The notes under the pieces are model-generated. The model saw only the letters and a program-made list of their open reading frames with translations. It searched no databases and was not told the DNA's origin. Made by a program: the position numbers and the translations under genes. A stretch of DNA of 64,000 nucleotides from a virus (Duplodnaviria > Heunggongvirae > Uroviricota > Caudoviricetes): positions 323,388-387,387 of the IMG/VR virus record IMGVR_UViG_3300044557_000292; one strand, given 5' to 3'. Of the stretch, positions 1 through 8,774 are shown in pieces (position 1 is the stretch's first letter; the number at the start of each line of letters is the position of its first letter).

Positions 1-250
1 CAATGATGGACGAGACATCGGTGGGATCAATTCTGCTACTCACGTGCTTACGGCCCTTCTTCAACGACTCTGATGGTAATGAATCTTTATTAGCATTGGC
101 ATGCTTGAGCGTTATGATCTCCTCTGCAGCATCGGGATCTAACATCCCGCCATTGTGAAGACGCCAGTAGCCCCTAACCTTGACCCCATCGCGCTCATAT
201 GGTTCAACCCATGTAGCACCGTCAACAGGGGCAATATTCTCATCATCCAT
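1..250 (-). CDS. hypothetical acidic protein, N-terminal 83 aa only (runs off window start); paralogue of 63378..63995
   Basis: Minus-strand translation from the ATG at 250 gives MDDENIAPVDGATWVEPYERDGVKVRGYWRLHNGG, which shares the motif ATWVEPYER-GV-V-GYWR with the N-terminus of the 63378..63995 ORF. Confidence 0.4.
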   Translation of the reverse strand, partial: MDDENIAPVDGATWVEPYERDGVKVRGYWRLHNGGMLDPDAAEEIITLKHANANKDSLPSESLKKGRKHVSSRIDPTDVSSII

Positions 251-422
251 TCCAGATCACCAACCCGAATCTAATATCATTGCAAGATCTCTTATCAAGA
301 CTTTGTTAATCTATCGTCGAACGGAAGATAGGAGAACAAAGAACATCGCAATAAGAATCGTATTGTGATTAAAGACTTGTCTATTCCATGGGGAAGATGA
401 TCCTAATCATGTGGTCTCATAT

Positions 423-585
423 GGCTGAGATTCAACTATCATCAGAACGCAACAGTCTACTATGCTTCTGGTGATAGTCTGAACGGACATGTGCAGAAAG
501 GCTTCCTTGTGTATAACGTAACTTCCCGAGGGCTAAACCACTGTAGAATCGCGAGATCTCAATGCTTGCAATGCATCAATAATAA
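423..585. repeat. copy 1 of a ~160-bp conserved noncoding element; second copy at 45757..45915, direct orientation, ~80% identity
   Basis: Read-by-eye alignment agattcaactatcatcagaac...ttctgrtgata...tgtataacgtwacttcc...tagaatcrcgagatct; internal 11-bp inverted repeat tatcatcagaa/ttctgGtgata forms a hairpin. Confidence 0.6.
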
Positions 586-588
586 GAC

Positions 589-1446
589 TCAGAACGTGAT
601 CACGATCTTCATCCTGCAGGCCTCATTGAGACGAAGATTGCTTGACAGCCTCTCAACATCTGACAAGACGCCATCAAGACTCCTACTACTACGTCCACCC
701 GATGCTACGCTATCACGATCTGTCGCCACCACCCATTCTGGATGCTTAGCGTCAGTCTTATCGTGAATCCTAGGCTTGATGCCCACCCATGCAAGACTGG
801 CCTTGCTCTCGCCAGTAATTTCGTGATTACCGTTCGTTATGATCTTGGTAGTCCACGCGCTAGCATAGAATCCCCTAACACCGTCCCTACGAAGTCCCCT
901 CCACGACAATGAACCATCACGGATAACCTGGTACAGACCAACACAGACCGCTCTCTGAATGAGCTTACCGTTCTCGTCTGTTCCCTCTGACCATTCAGTA
1001 GTGGCATTGATCCCGCCTGAGTAAAGACCCATTCCGTCAAGTTCCTTCCTATTGGAAGCAATACCCCTCGTATCAGACCACCATTCCGGCTTATGGATGA
1101 TTGATTGTTCTGATGGAGCCCAGATGGGCTCGAAGATGATCGGCTGCTTCGTCTTATCATGCTCTCTCAGCAATTGCTGCAACTTGGATGCGATTCTTGC
1201 ATATGAGGACTTGATCTCACTCCTACCGGGACCAACCCTACGCATGACCTCGTCAAGAGTGGGATTCCTCTGGCTCCCCTCACGGAGGCTCTCCTGGAAC
1301 TCAAGCCATTCCACAGCGGAATCCCTATCAGTCCAATGGTACAGGGGGTGACCATTGCCGTCATGATGATAACGACACGTCTTTGGGTCACGGGCCCGGC
1401 AGGCCTCCAGCCCGCCGTCCCTTATCACCCACGCTACATTCCTCAT
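589..1446 (-). CDS. hypothetical protein with N-terminal Cys motif CRARDPKTCRYHH
   Basis: 285-aa ORF; no recognisable family; motif shared with the 7300..7557 ORF. Confidence 0.5.
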   Translation of the reverse strand: MRNVAWVIRDGGLEACRARDPKTCRYHHDGNGHPLYHWTDRDSAVEWLEFQESLREGSQRNPTLDEVMRRVGPGRSEIKSSYARIASKLQQLLREHDKTKQPIIFEPIWAPSEQSIIHKPEWWSDTRGIASNRKELDGMGLYSGGINATTEWSEGTDENGKLIQRAVCVGLYQVIRDGSLSWRGLRRDGVRGFYASAWTTKIITNGNHEITGESKASLAWVGIKPRIHDKTDAKHPEWVVATDRDSVASGGRSSRSLDGVLSDVERLSSNLRLNEACRMKIVITF

Positions 1447-1576
1447 GCGATGAGGATATCAGATCTAATATCGCGGGATGGTGGCGTCGCGTGAATGGTT
1501 TTACTTATCTTACCATAGTTTCGATCAACGGGGGGGGGTAGATCATGAACATGCTACGAAGTGAGGGGGAGCTGAG

Positions 1577-1732
1577 ATGGTAGAGACTATCGTCGGTATC
1601 GTGGTGCTCGTGATCTTTGGACTCACCCTTAGCCACAGATCATTGAGCCGACTTGTACTCATTGTAGAATCTTACCAGTTCTACCCTCGCCCTGTCCTCT
1701 CCAACCTGACCATTGCTCATCCTGTACTCTAG
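1577..1732 (+). CDS. possible small ORF (51 aa, hydrophobic N-terminus MVETIVGIVVLVIFGLTL)
   Basis: ATG preceded by GAGGGGGAG Shine-Dalgarno 5 nt upstream; below the 60-aa cutoff of the ORF track; overlaps the 3' end of the CCA gene on the opposite strand. Confidence 0.2.
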   Translation: MVETIVGIVVLVIFGLTLSHRSLSRLVLIVESYQFYPRPVLSNLTIAHPVL

Positions 1733-3115
1733 CATGTGATCATAGAGGACACCCAGGACTGGACCAGGCTTGATCCCAAGGATGCTCATCATCTGGTTAC
1801 CGTTCAACTCGGGGCGGATCTTGTCAAGATCCTCCTTGGCCTTGAGCCTGGAGACGTGATCCTCCAGTTGGTCCATGTATCCAATGATGCGGGCCTCACG
1901 ATTCTTATGGAAGGTGGTCACGTCCGCCCTGGTAAGCACCATGAGACGATCATACAGCGGACCCACCTCCTGGAGGAATCTTCGCACACCAGAATCAGAC
2001 CATAAGACCCCGTTGGGATCAGCGTACCCATGTGCCCTCATGTGAAGGGCTACCAGGTCGCTCACATCCCTAATCACGTCATGAGGATACTTCAACGAGG
2101 ATAGCCTCTTCTTCACCATCCCGGCACCAGCAGCCTCGTGGCCATCAAAGGTCACCTTCTTCCTGCCGTTGAACCTCCTGGTGGTAGTCTTGCCCACGTC
2201 ATGGAGCACTGCGGCCAGTCTGAGGACAAGATCGGGGCCTCCATCAGGGAGTCTGTCCTCCATACTGATAGCCCTGTCAAGAACGGTGAGGGAATGCTCG
2301 AAGTTAGCCTTGTGGAGTCCACGGCTACTTCTATCAGCCCTCCTCAATTCTGACAACTCGGGGAGAACGTGATCCATGAGACCCGAATCAGACATCTCCC
2401 GTAGAGCGTTAGATGGGTTGGCTGACAGCATGATCTTGTTCAACTCGTCAGCAACCCTCTCCCTACTGATCTCATCAAGACGTGGGGTCATACTCCTTAT
2501 AGCGTTCATGGTCTCATCTTCAATCTTGAACCCATACTTGCCAACGAATCTGATCGCCCTGAGCATACGGAGTGGATCTTCACCGAAGGAGATCTTTGGG
2601 TCAAGCGGGGTGCGAATGACCCCACGCCTGAGATCTTCACGGCCTCCGTAGGGGTCAACCAGCACAAGATCAGGAAGTCTGATGGCCATCGCGTTGATGG
2701 TCATGTCACGACGCTTGAGATCATCTTCGAGGCTTGAACCCCATTCCACTCGAGGCTTCCTAGATCCACGATTATAGGAATCGGAACGGTAGGTGGTGAC
2801 CTCAACGTCAGCGTCAATATTCCCGGGGAGATGCCTGCGAGCACCAATGGTCCCATACTTACGGCCAACCTCCCAGTAGCCATCTCCCCACGGCATCAGT
2901 ATGCGGGAAGACTCATCTGGTCTAGCATTAGAGGTCATGTCAAGATCTTTTGGAACACGACCAAGAAGAAGATCGCGAACCGGTCCTCCAACAAGAGCCA
3001 GTTCATACCCCCTTGACTGGTATTCCCTTCCAAGACTGATGGATGCGTTGATGAGGGGGATGGCTGCATCTGGAATCATGATGCCACCCAGACCCTTGAC
3101 TGACAGGTTCTTCAT
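1640..3115 (-). CDS. cca: CCA-adding tRNA nucleotidyltransferase / poly(A) polymerase family with HD domain
   Basis: Pol-beta-like head motifs LVGGPVRDLLLGR and RRDMTINAMA, plus C-terminal HD region (LHDVGK, HMRAHG). Start moved to MKNLSVKG (ATG at 3115), which is preceded by GGAAGGAAGG; the tracked ORF extends to 3250. Confidence 0.8.
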   Translation of the reverse strand: MKNLSVKGLGGIMIPDAAIPLINASISLGREYQSRGYELALVGGPVRDLLLGRVPKDLDMTSNARPDESSRILMPWGDGYWEVGRKYGTIGARRHLPGNIDADVEVTTYRSDSYNRGSRKPRVEWGSSLEDDLKRRDMTINAMAIRLPDLVLVDPYGGREDLRRGVIRTPLDPKISFGEDPLRMLRAIRFVGKYGFKIEDETMNAIRSMTPRLDEISRERVADELNKIMLSANPSNALREMSDSGLMDHVLPELSELRRADRSSRGLHKANFEHSLTVLDRAISMEDRLPDGGPDLVLRLAAVLHDVGKTTTRRFNGRKKVTFDGHEAAGAGMVKKRLSSLKYPHDVIRDVSDLVALHMRAHGYADPNGVLWSDSGVRRFLQEVGPLYDRLMVLTRADVTTFHKNREARIIGYMDQLEDHVSRLKAKEDLDKIRPELNGNQMMSILGIKPGPVLGVLYDHMLEYRMSNGQVGEDRARVELVRFYNEYKSAQ

Positions 3116-3265
3116 AATCAGCCTTCCTTCCATTACTGTAGAAGCATTAACGTTAAAATGACAAATGACAATTGAATCATAATATGAAGACCCATAGGAA
3201 ACGCCGCGAGCCATGATGAGAATGGCCCGCGGCGTAGCAATACTCTCCACCAGCTGGATGAGATC

Positions 3266-3790
3266 CTATCGAGCTGACGGTGAGAGTATCAGCGTGACCG
3301 CAGACCCATTATACGTGGGCGGCGTCGAGATTACAAACACGTCTTCAAGCGAAGACACCATGGTCTTCATGCAGTCATACGCGACCTGCTTGTGATCACG
3401 CTCACGTCCACGAAGCTGCACGGTGAGGCGGACTTTATCACCCCTTGATAGGAATCGTACAGCCTGGTTCTTCTTGACCTCAAGATCATGTGATTCTATA
3501 TTCGGGCGGAGACGGATCTCCTTCAACTGCTGTACGCGAGCACTATGCCGCTGACGCTTGGCCTTCTGCTGCTCTTTAAATCTTTCCTCGGACGCATCAC
3601 CCATCTTCACGATGGGAGGATCATGACGAGCATCCATCTCAATGAGGTCAAATCCCGCATCATCGGCCAATCGAAGCGCGACGTCAGTATCAATCACCCC
3701 AGCGCTCTTACCGTTATCGCCTATGAGCATAACCCTGCTCGCGGTGATGTCCCCATTGATCTTCCTACGATTATCAGCGTTCTTACCCAA
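3266..3790 (-). CDS. infC: translation initiation factor IF-3
   Basis: 174 aa; N-domain ASRVMLIGDNGKSAGVIDTDVALRLADDAGFDLIEMDARHDPPIVKMGD and C-domain LKEIRLRPNIESHDLEVKKNQAVRFLSRGDKVRLTVQLRGRE match the bacterial IF-3 architecture; no rpmI/rplT downstream. Confidence 0.85.
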   Translation of the reverse strand: MGKNADNRRKINGDITASRVMLIGDNGKSAGVIDTDVALRLADDAGFDLIEMDARHDPPIVKMGDASEERFKEQQKAKRQRHSARVQQLKEIRLRPNIESHDLEVKKNQAVRFLSRGDKVRLTVQLRGRERDHKQVAYDCMKTMVSSLEDVFVISTPPTYNGSAVTLILSPSAR

Positions 3791-3900
3791 TGACTACTAT
3801 CTTTCTCCACTTACCATGATGACGTGTTCTGTAACGCCATCTACCGGAAACAACATGATGATTATATCAATAGACGGTGATTAGCGCAACAGGCTAACCC

Positions 3901-5091
3901 CTATCTTTCCAGCCTTGCCATTCGATCTTTGAGAACGCCGCCCATCTCGATGATGGCCACCTCAAGGTACACTCTCGTATCATTGTCTAGAGTGGAGTCA
4001 CGTTGGGCTTTCGCGATGATCTTAAAGCACTTGAGTAGGGTCTCAGGTCCAATGGTCACGGACATCTCCACCCTCTTACGAGGATACTCTTTCGTCTCGT
4101 CCTCGGTGAGACTCCCGATGATGATCATCTCCCTAGCGAAGTCAACCAATGATCTTGTAAGCACCCTGACGTCAACCCCGTCGATGATAGCATTAGATAG
4201 GTCAATAAGAGCCTTAACAGAATCCCCGCACGGGCTCTTCCTACCGTTGAGGAATAGATCAGACTCGATGAGGCGGGTCCAGTCCGTCTTATATGAGCCT
4301 GGGGTTGACAGGAGGTGGTCTAGCTCAGACAGGGTCTGACGCGCGGATCCACCCTCGAAGGTAGCCCCAGACTCTTTTATGGCCTTGACGATGAGGTCAG
4401 ACGAGTACACCTTCCTACGCTCGTGGAAATCTTTCCCAGCATCCTCGGTCTCGTACTGCTTCCTCTGCTCTTCTGGAATCTCCTCGTACCCCTCTTGCTT
4501 GAGTATTCTACGGCACAGCGCGTCGAGCGTCTTACGCGGTACGAGCTTGAACGCCCTCTGCTGGACGCGGCTCGTGATGGTCAGGGGTATCTTGTCGATC
4601 TCCGTCGTGCAGAATATGAATATTGACGACATGTTGGGATCTTCGAGTGGGATTAGAAGGGCGTCTAGAGCGTTCTTCGAGAGCCTCTGGATCTCGTCAA
4701 TGATCCATATGGGCTTCCTGATAGCACTCCTACGCTTAGCTTGATCTACTATAGACTTGATGTCATTCACGCCCCCACCCTCGAAGTTGGCAGCGCTCAG
4801 ATAGTGGACACCCATGTTCGTGTTAGCGTCTATAGACTTGCAATTATCACAATGATTACAGGGATTGCCCTCACCGTCAGGGTTCTCACAGTTGATGGCC
4901 TTCGCGAGGATCAACGCTACCGTGGTCTTCCCGCATCCCCTTGGGCCAGAGAAGAGGTACGCTCCGGCTATCCTATCAGTGGATACGCTCTCCCTAAGAT
5001 TATCAACGATCTTATCCTGTCCGACGACCTCCCCCCAAGTCCTTGGACGATACTTCTTGTAGAGCTCCTCATAACCATTCTTCTTAACCAT
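3901..5091 (-). CDS. dnaX: AAA+ clamp-loader ATPase, DnaX (gamma/tau)-like
   Basis: YRPRTWGEVVGQD motif; Walker A GPRGCGKTT; zinc module CENPDGEGNPCNHCDNC; Walker B IWIIDEIQ; sensor TSRVQQ; 396 aa, so a short gamma-like form. Confidence 0.85.
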   Translation of the reverse strand: MVKKNGYEELYKKYRPRTWGEVVGQDKIVDNLRESVSTDRIAGAYLFSGPRGCGKTTVALILAKAINCENPDGEGNPCNHCDNCKSIDANTNMGVHYLSAANFEGGGVNDIKSIVDQAKRRSAIRKPIWIIDEIQRLSKNALDALLIPLEDPNMSSIFIFCTTEIDKIPLTITSRVQQRAFKLVPRKTLDALCRRILKQEGYEEIPEEQRKQYETEDAGKDFHERRKVYSSDLIVKAIKESGATFEGGSARQTLSELDHLLSTPGSYKTDWTRLIESDLFLNGRKSPCGDSVKALIDLSNAIIDGVDVRVLTRSLVDFAREMIIIGSLTEDETKEYPRKRVEMSVTIGPETLLKCFKIIAKAQRDSTLDNDTRVYLEVAIIEMGGVLKDRMARLER

Positions 5092-5146
5092 GGATCATAT
5101 GGTACCAAATAATGGCGAATGAGATCAATAACAGATTATTTTTACT

Positions 5147-6394
5147 CTACAGAAGACCGTCATCGTCGTCATCATCGCCGACGACGCCAAGGTCCATGCC
5201 TGACATTGGCGGCATGCCTGGAACGATCTCGCCATCATCATTGATCTTAACCCCAATCGGAACCTGAATAGAGTCAACATAAGAGAAAGCCTCAGGATCG
5301 CGATTCTTAAGAGCGGTTATCCATGCTACGATGGCCTCTTCCTCCTCCGGAGTGGTCTTACGACTCATACCCCCACTCGCCATCCACTCAGTCCTCATAC
5401 TGACCGTGGCCAATGGCTCCGGATCCGTTCTATGCTCACCGGACTGATCAACGATCACGGTTGAGATCGCTAATGTCATTGGACTAGACCTGATCTTGTA
5501 CATGCCACCACGAACATCATCGATAATCGCGTCCATGAACTTGATTATCATCTTACTCTTACCGTAGAGACGGCCTCCGATTACAGGTCTGGATACGATC
5601 TGCACGCTAATGATCTTCGCCGCCCTAAAGAACTCATCCTTATAGACAGTGCTCCCAATATCCCCAAGCTCACTGACAAGATCCTTGAATGCTGACTCCT
5701 CATCGCTGGTGAGTGTCGTATGCTCGTTACTAGAATCGCCGGCAGCATCAACGTCAAGCCTATTTAGATTGAATACCGACTCCTTCGAATCAGGAGCATT
5801 ACCATCATTGTCATCATGGATGGTAGGCTTGGTAGAATCAGACTGGATCGGGGTAGGGGTGATAGGCTTCATAGTCCCCATCTCGTAGAAGTGAACGCCA
5901 TCCCGGTGGAGAAAATCGAAGAGCGAGTGCGTTGTCGGATCGTTTCCTACGATCTTCCCATGCAGGAATGCGTCGTACACAGATTCTTCATCAGAATACT
6001 TATTCCAGTCTTCCACTTCTATAAGGTTCTGGTGGATCTCATTCTGATCAATATTCCCGTAAATACTGTTAAGAAGATCACATAGTGCCATTGATGCGTC
6101 TGGGGCGGTTCCTATCATCACGCTCTTAATATCAGTATCAGGATCGAGTCTTAGATCTTGCAGGAATGAGGACCTTGCAGACTCAAGAACGTCTGGCCTA
6201 TGATTCTTCATCCACCTATGATCACTCCTGATCACGTTCAACGGGACGCCGATCTTCTCTGATAGGAGCGTCTCGCTCATGCCAGTGCCAATAAGAGTGG
6301 CCACAATGACCCTCCTTGCCGCAATCTGCCCCTCAGTGAGCCTCTTATTATAGTCTCTAGGAGAAGAATCTGTACTCATCTGGCCACCTTCCAT
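5147..6394 (-). CDS. hypothetical protein with N-terminal HTH-like region and C-terminal P-loop (GGRLYGKSK ... TVIVDQSG); poly-Asp tail
   Basis: Walker A-like GxxxxGKS followed by a hhhhD Walker B-like motif; adjacent to the clamp loader, so possibly a replication accessory ATPase (weak). Confidence 0.45.
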   Translation of the reverse strand: MEGGQMSTDSSPRDYNKRLTEGQIAARRVIVATLIGTGMSETLLSEKIGVPLNVIRSDHRWMKNHRPDVLESARSSFLQDLRLDPDTDIKSVMIGTAPDASMALCDLLNSIYGNIDQNEIHQNLIEVEDWNKYSDEESVYDAFLHGKIVGNDPTTHSLFDFLHRDGVHFYEMGTMKPITPTPIQSDSTKPTIHDDNDGNAPDSKESVFNLNRLDVDAAGDSSNEHTTLTSDEESAFKDLVSELGDIGSTVYKDEFFRAAKIISVQIVSRPVIGGRLYGKSKMIIKFMDAIIDDVRGGMYKIRSSPMTLAISTVIVDQSGEHRTDPEPLATVSMRTEWMASGGMSRKTTPEEEEAIVAWITALKNRDPEAFSYVDSIQVPIGVKINDDGEIVPGMPPMSGMDLGVVGDDDDDDGLL

Positions 6395-6421
6395 TGATAA
6401 CGACTCCTACTCTAAAGATAT

Positions 6422-7093
6422 TCAGCGCTTAACCCTGAACGCGTCGATCACAGCACGAGTGACAGCGAGGAATCCGAAGACGGCGAACAATCCCACGATC
6501 GCCTTGAAGATTAGTTCGGGTGCCCCCTTACGATTAGCCTTTACTGGAGTGTACTCTCTTCCGTGAATACCGTCCAGGAACGATCCTACTATATCACGTC
6601 CACGTTTCACGATGCTGATCTTATTCCTGTCCGCGTTGAGGTCAGCTCGAGCAGGCTTTGAACGCCCATCAGATGCGAATTCCTTATGATCATTATTCGC
6701 ATGATCGTCAGTCCTCACATCAGCAGTGTAATCATCCCATCCACGCTTGATTGATGATAAGATTCCACCAATCTTTGCTCTTACATCAGAAGGTTCTGGG
6801 GTTGGCTGGTCATCGTTCCTATCAACGTCAGCGTCATCAACAACTGGCTCTAATAAGACAATACCATCATCAACCTTATCGAAGACTCTCGTATGCGTCT
6901 TACCAGCCGTGTCGTGGATGATGAATGGGTCACCGTGATTCAAGCCCTCAAGCTTATTCTTCCCATCACCATTAACCCAATACGTGTTCAGCCTCGTCAC
7001 GTCATCTGTGAACTCGAACGGGTTCTTCCTAGAACCGCGTGAGTATGTTACCTCAAGCATTCCATCATCTTTACTCATAGAGCAATCCTCCAT
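6422..7093 (-). CDS. hypothetical acidic protein with C-terminal transmembrane anchor
   Basis: 223-aa ORF; C-terminal LIFKAIVGLFAVFGFLAVTRAVI hydrophobic helix. Confidence 0.45.
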   Translation of the reverse strand: MEDCSMSKDDGMLEVTYSRGSRKNPFEFTDDVTRLNTYWVNGDGKNKLEGLNHGDPFIIHDTAGKTHTRVFDKVDDGIVLLEPVVDDADVDRNDDQPTPEPSDVRAKIGGILSSIKRGWDDYTADVRTDDHANNDHKEFASDGRSKPARADLNADRNKISIVKRGRDIVGSFLDGIHGREYTPVKANRKGAPELIFKAIVGLFAVFGFLAVTRAVIDAFRVKR

Positions 7094-7299
7094 ATTCTAC
7101 TTATTTCCATTCCGCATGTTAACAATAATAGTATCACCATAAAGCGTGTAAGACAATCTCAAAACTATTGACTACCGGCCTGAAGCGTATGATCATCTAG
7201 ACGCGCCGTGATAACTCGATGCCAGCATATGATCCCAATGGACCAGAAGATGAGTGCCTGAATCTACTGTTCGTAAAGCGTTGAGCCCATTGTAAGAAA

Positions 7300-7557
7300 T
7301 TAGAGACGACCCATGTATAGATCCATAAGCTTCCTTCCATCCTTCATGGCTGATCGAATCTTATCTGACGTGAGCACGCCACTCGGGGCCTCATTCTTCT
7401 TTAACGACATTCGACTTGAATTGCGAGCATCGGCCTCAAGCTGGGTGACCGCTTCCCTCCTAGAATTGAAATGCGTCGCTCCAACGTGGAATCTACAGTG
7501 CTCTGGATCCGCCGCCCGACACGGGCGGATCATGTTGTTGATAATGACATAGCTCAT
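7300..7557 (-). CDS. small hypothetical protein with Cys motif CRAADPEHCRFH
   Basis: 85-aa ORF sharing the CRAxDPxxCR[YF]H motif with the 589..1446 ORF. Confidence 0.4.
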   Translation of the reverse strand: MSYVIINNMIRPCRAADPEHCRFHVGATHFNSRREAVTQLEADARNSSRMSLKKNEAPSGVLTSDKIRSAMKDGRKLMDLYMGRL

Positions 7558-7618
7558 AGCTTACGTTGCTCCTCGTGTGGTGGACACAATCATGTTTACA
7601 TGATGCATCTAACGCGCT

Positions 7619-7837
7619 GGATGAACCCCCGCAACGCGGGGAATACCTGTCACCTTGAATGCTACTCGAGATCGTAGCACCGCGGGGATGAACCCCGCCT
7701 AGGCGGGGAATACGGGTGAGACTGGAATCGTTGTGATTGCTGGAGGTGGGTTCAACCCCGCAACGCGGGGAATACAGTGGGCTATTGAATGGTAGTGCTC
7801 ACATCTGTTGGGTTCAACCCCGCAACGCGGGGAATAC
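7619..7837 (-). CRISPR. small degenerate CRISPR array (4 repeats, 3 spacers); trailer side of the locus
   Basis: Repeats gatgaacccccgcaacgcggggaatac, gatgaaccccgcctaggcggggaatac and 2x ggttcaaccccgcaacgcggggaatac, with 33-35-nt spacers; the reverse complement GTATTCCCCGCGTTGCGGGGTTGAACC matches the type I-E repeat architecture. Confidence 0.8.
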
Positions 7838-7908
7838 GGCCTGTTCCACGGTCTTGTCAACATCTGTTGACATCATGATAGAGCTCATACTAAACGGTTA
7901 CGAGACGG

Positions 7909-8583
7909 TTACGGAGCGGTGCAATACTCCGTGTCTATGCTCGACAGCAGGGAGGCGTTCCTCGCGGTGAACGTCTTGGACATGGACACGACGCTGGATC
8001 TATTGGATCCACCCGAACGTGATCCGACGCTGACGTTGATCTTAAGATCATCGAAGAACCCGGACACGGTGCCTACAGTGCCACCATAGAAGACCCCGCT
8101 ACCAGCGTCAACGGAGCCACTGGAATCATCCGAGGACGAGACCATAGACGTGAGGATGATCTTACCCTCATCATAGTCCGAGTCCTTCGAGGCGTCCTTG
8201 GATCTACGGATCATCCTCATCGTCCCATTGGAACCATCACCGATGGAACCATCAGGATCCTTCACGACGGTCAGCGCCACACACCTGCCGACAGTGTCGG
8301 CACTTGTGGCGCTAGCGGAATCCGCCGACTCACTGGGAATCGCCATCACCACAGTCTGGTCACCATCAGAATCGGTGGTGATCCTGAACCCAGCCGCGGA
8401 TCTTGCGTCTCTCCCCACCATCTGCATGGCTGTACTCACCTGCGACGTCGCCTGTGATCTTATGGTGGCGGAGTAGTTCGCTCTCATCAGCTGGATGGCG
8501 CTGAGAGAGAAGAACGCCATGAAGATCGCCATCGCCACAAGAAGCTCCACGAGGGACGCACCATGCTCGCCCCTATGGATCAT
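7909..8583 (-). CDS. type IV pilin-like / pseudopilin protein (class III prepilin signal)
   Basis: N-terminus MIHRGEHG|ASLVELLVAMAIFMAFFSLSAIQLMRANYS has Gly at -1, Glu at +5 and a hydrophobic helix typical of prepilin-peptidase substrates. The tracked ORF extends to 8727, but the ATG at 8583 is the likely start. Confidence 0.6.
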   Translation of the reverse strand: MIHRGEHGASLVELLVAMAIFMAFFSLSAIQLMRANYSATIRSQATSQVSTAMQMVGRDARSAAGFRITTDSDGDQTVVMAIPSESADSASATSADTVGRCVALTVVKDPDGSIGDGSNGTMRMIRRSKDASKDSDYDEGKIILTSMVSSSDDSSGSVDAGSGVFYGGTVGTVSGFFDDLKINVSVGSRSGGSNRSSVVSMSKTFTARNASLLSSIDTEYCTAP

Positions 8584-8774
8584 GCCCACACCATTGCCTA
8601 CATGTCTGTCCACATTATTGTCTACACCGGTGTCTGCACCCATTCGAGCATGTCCGAGCGTCCGTCCATACGCATATGTCCTCATCTTAATCTTCATCCT
8701 ATTCCCCCGTGGATCTAGTGGCGTCAACGAGCATCGAAGTCGTATAGTAGCTTATGGTATCACCACGCGAGACG

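Noticed and set aside
2138-3016. Multiple 60-90-aa plus-strand ORFs antisense to cca, and many similar ones antisense to other long minus-strand genes
   Set aside because: Fully overlapped by long, motif-supported minus-strand genes; typical antisense artefacts
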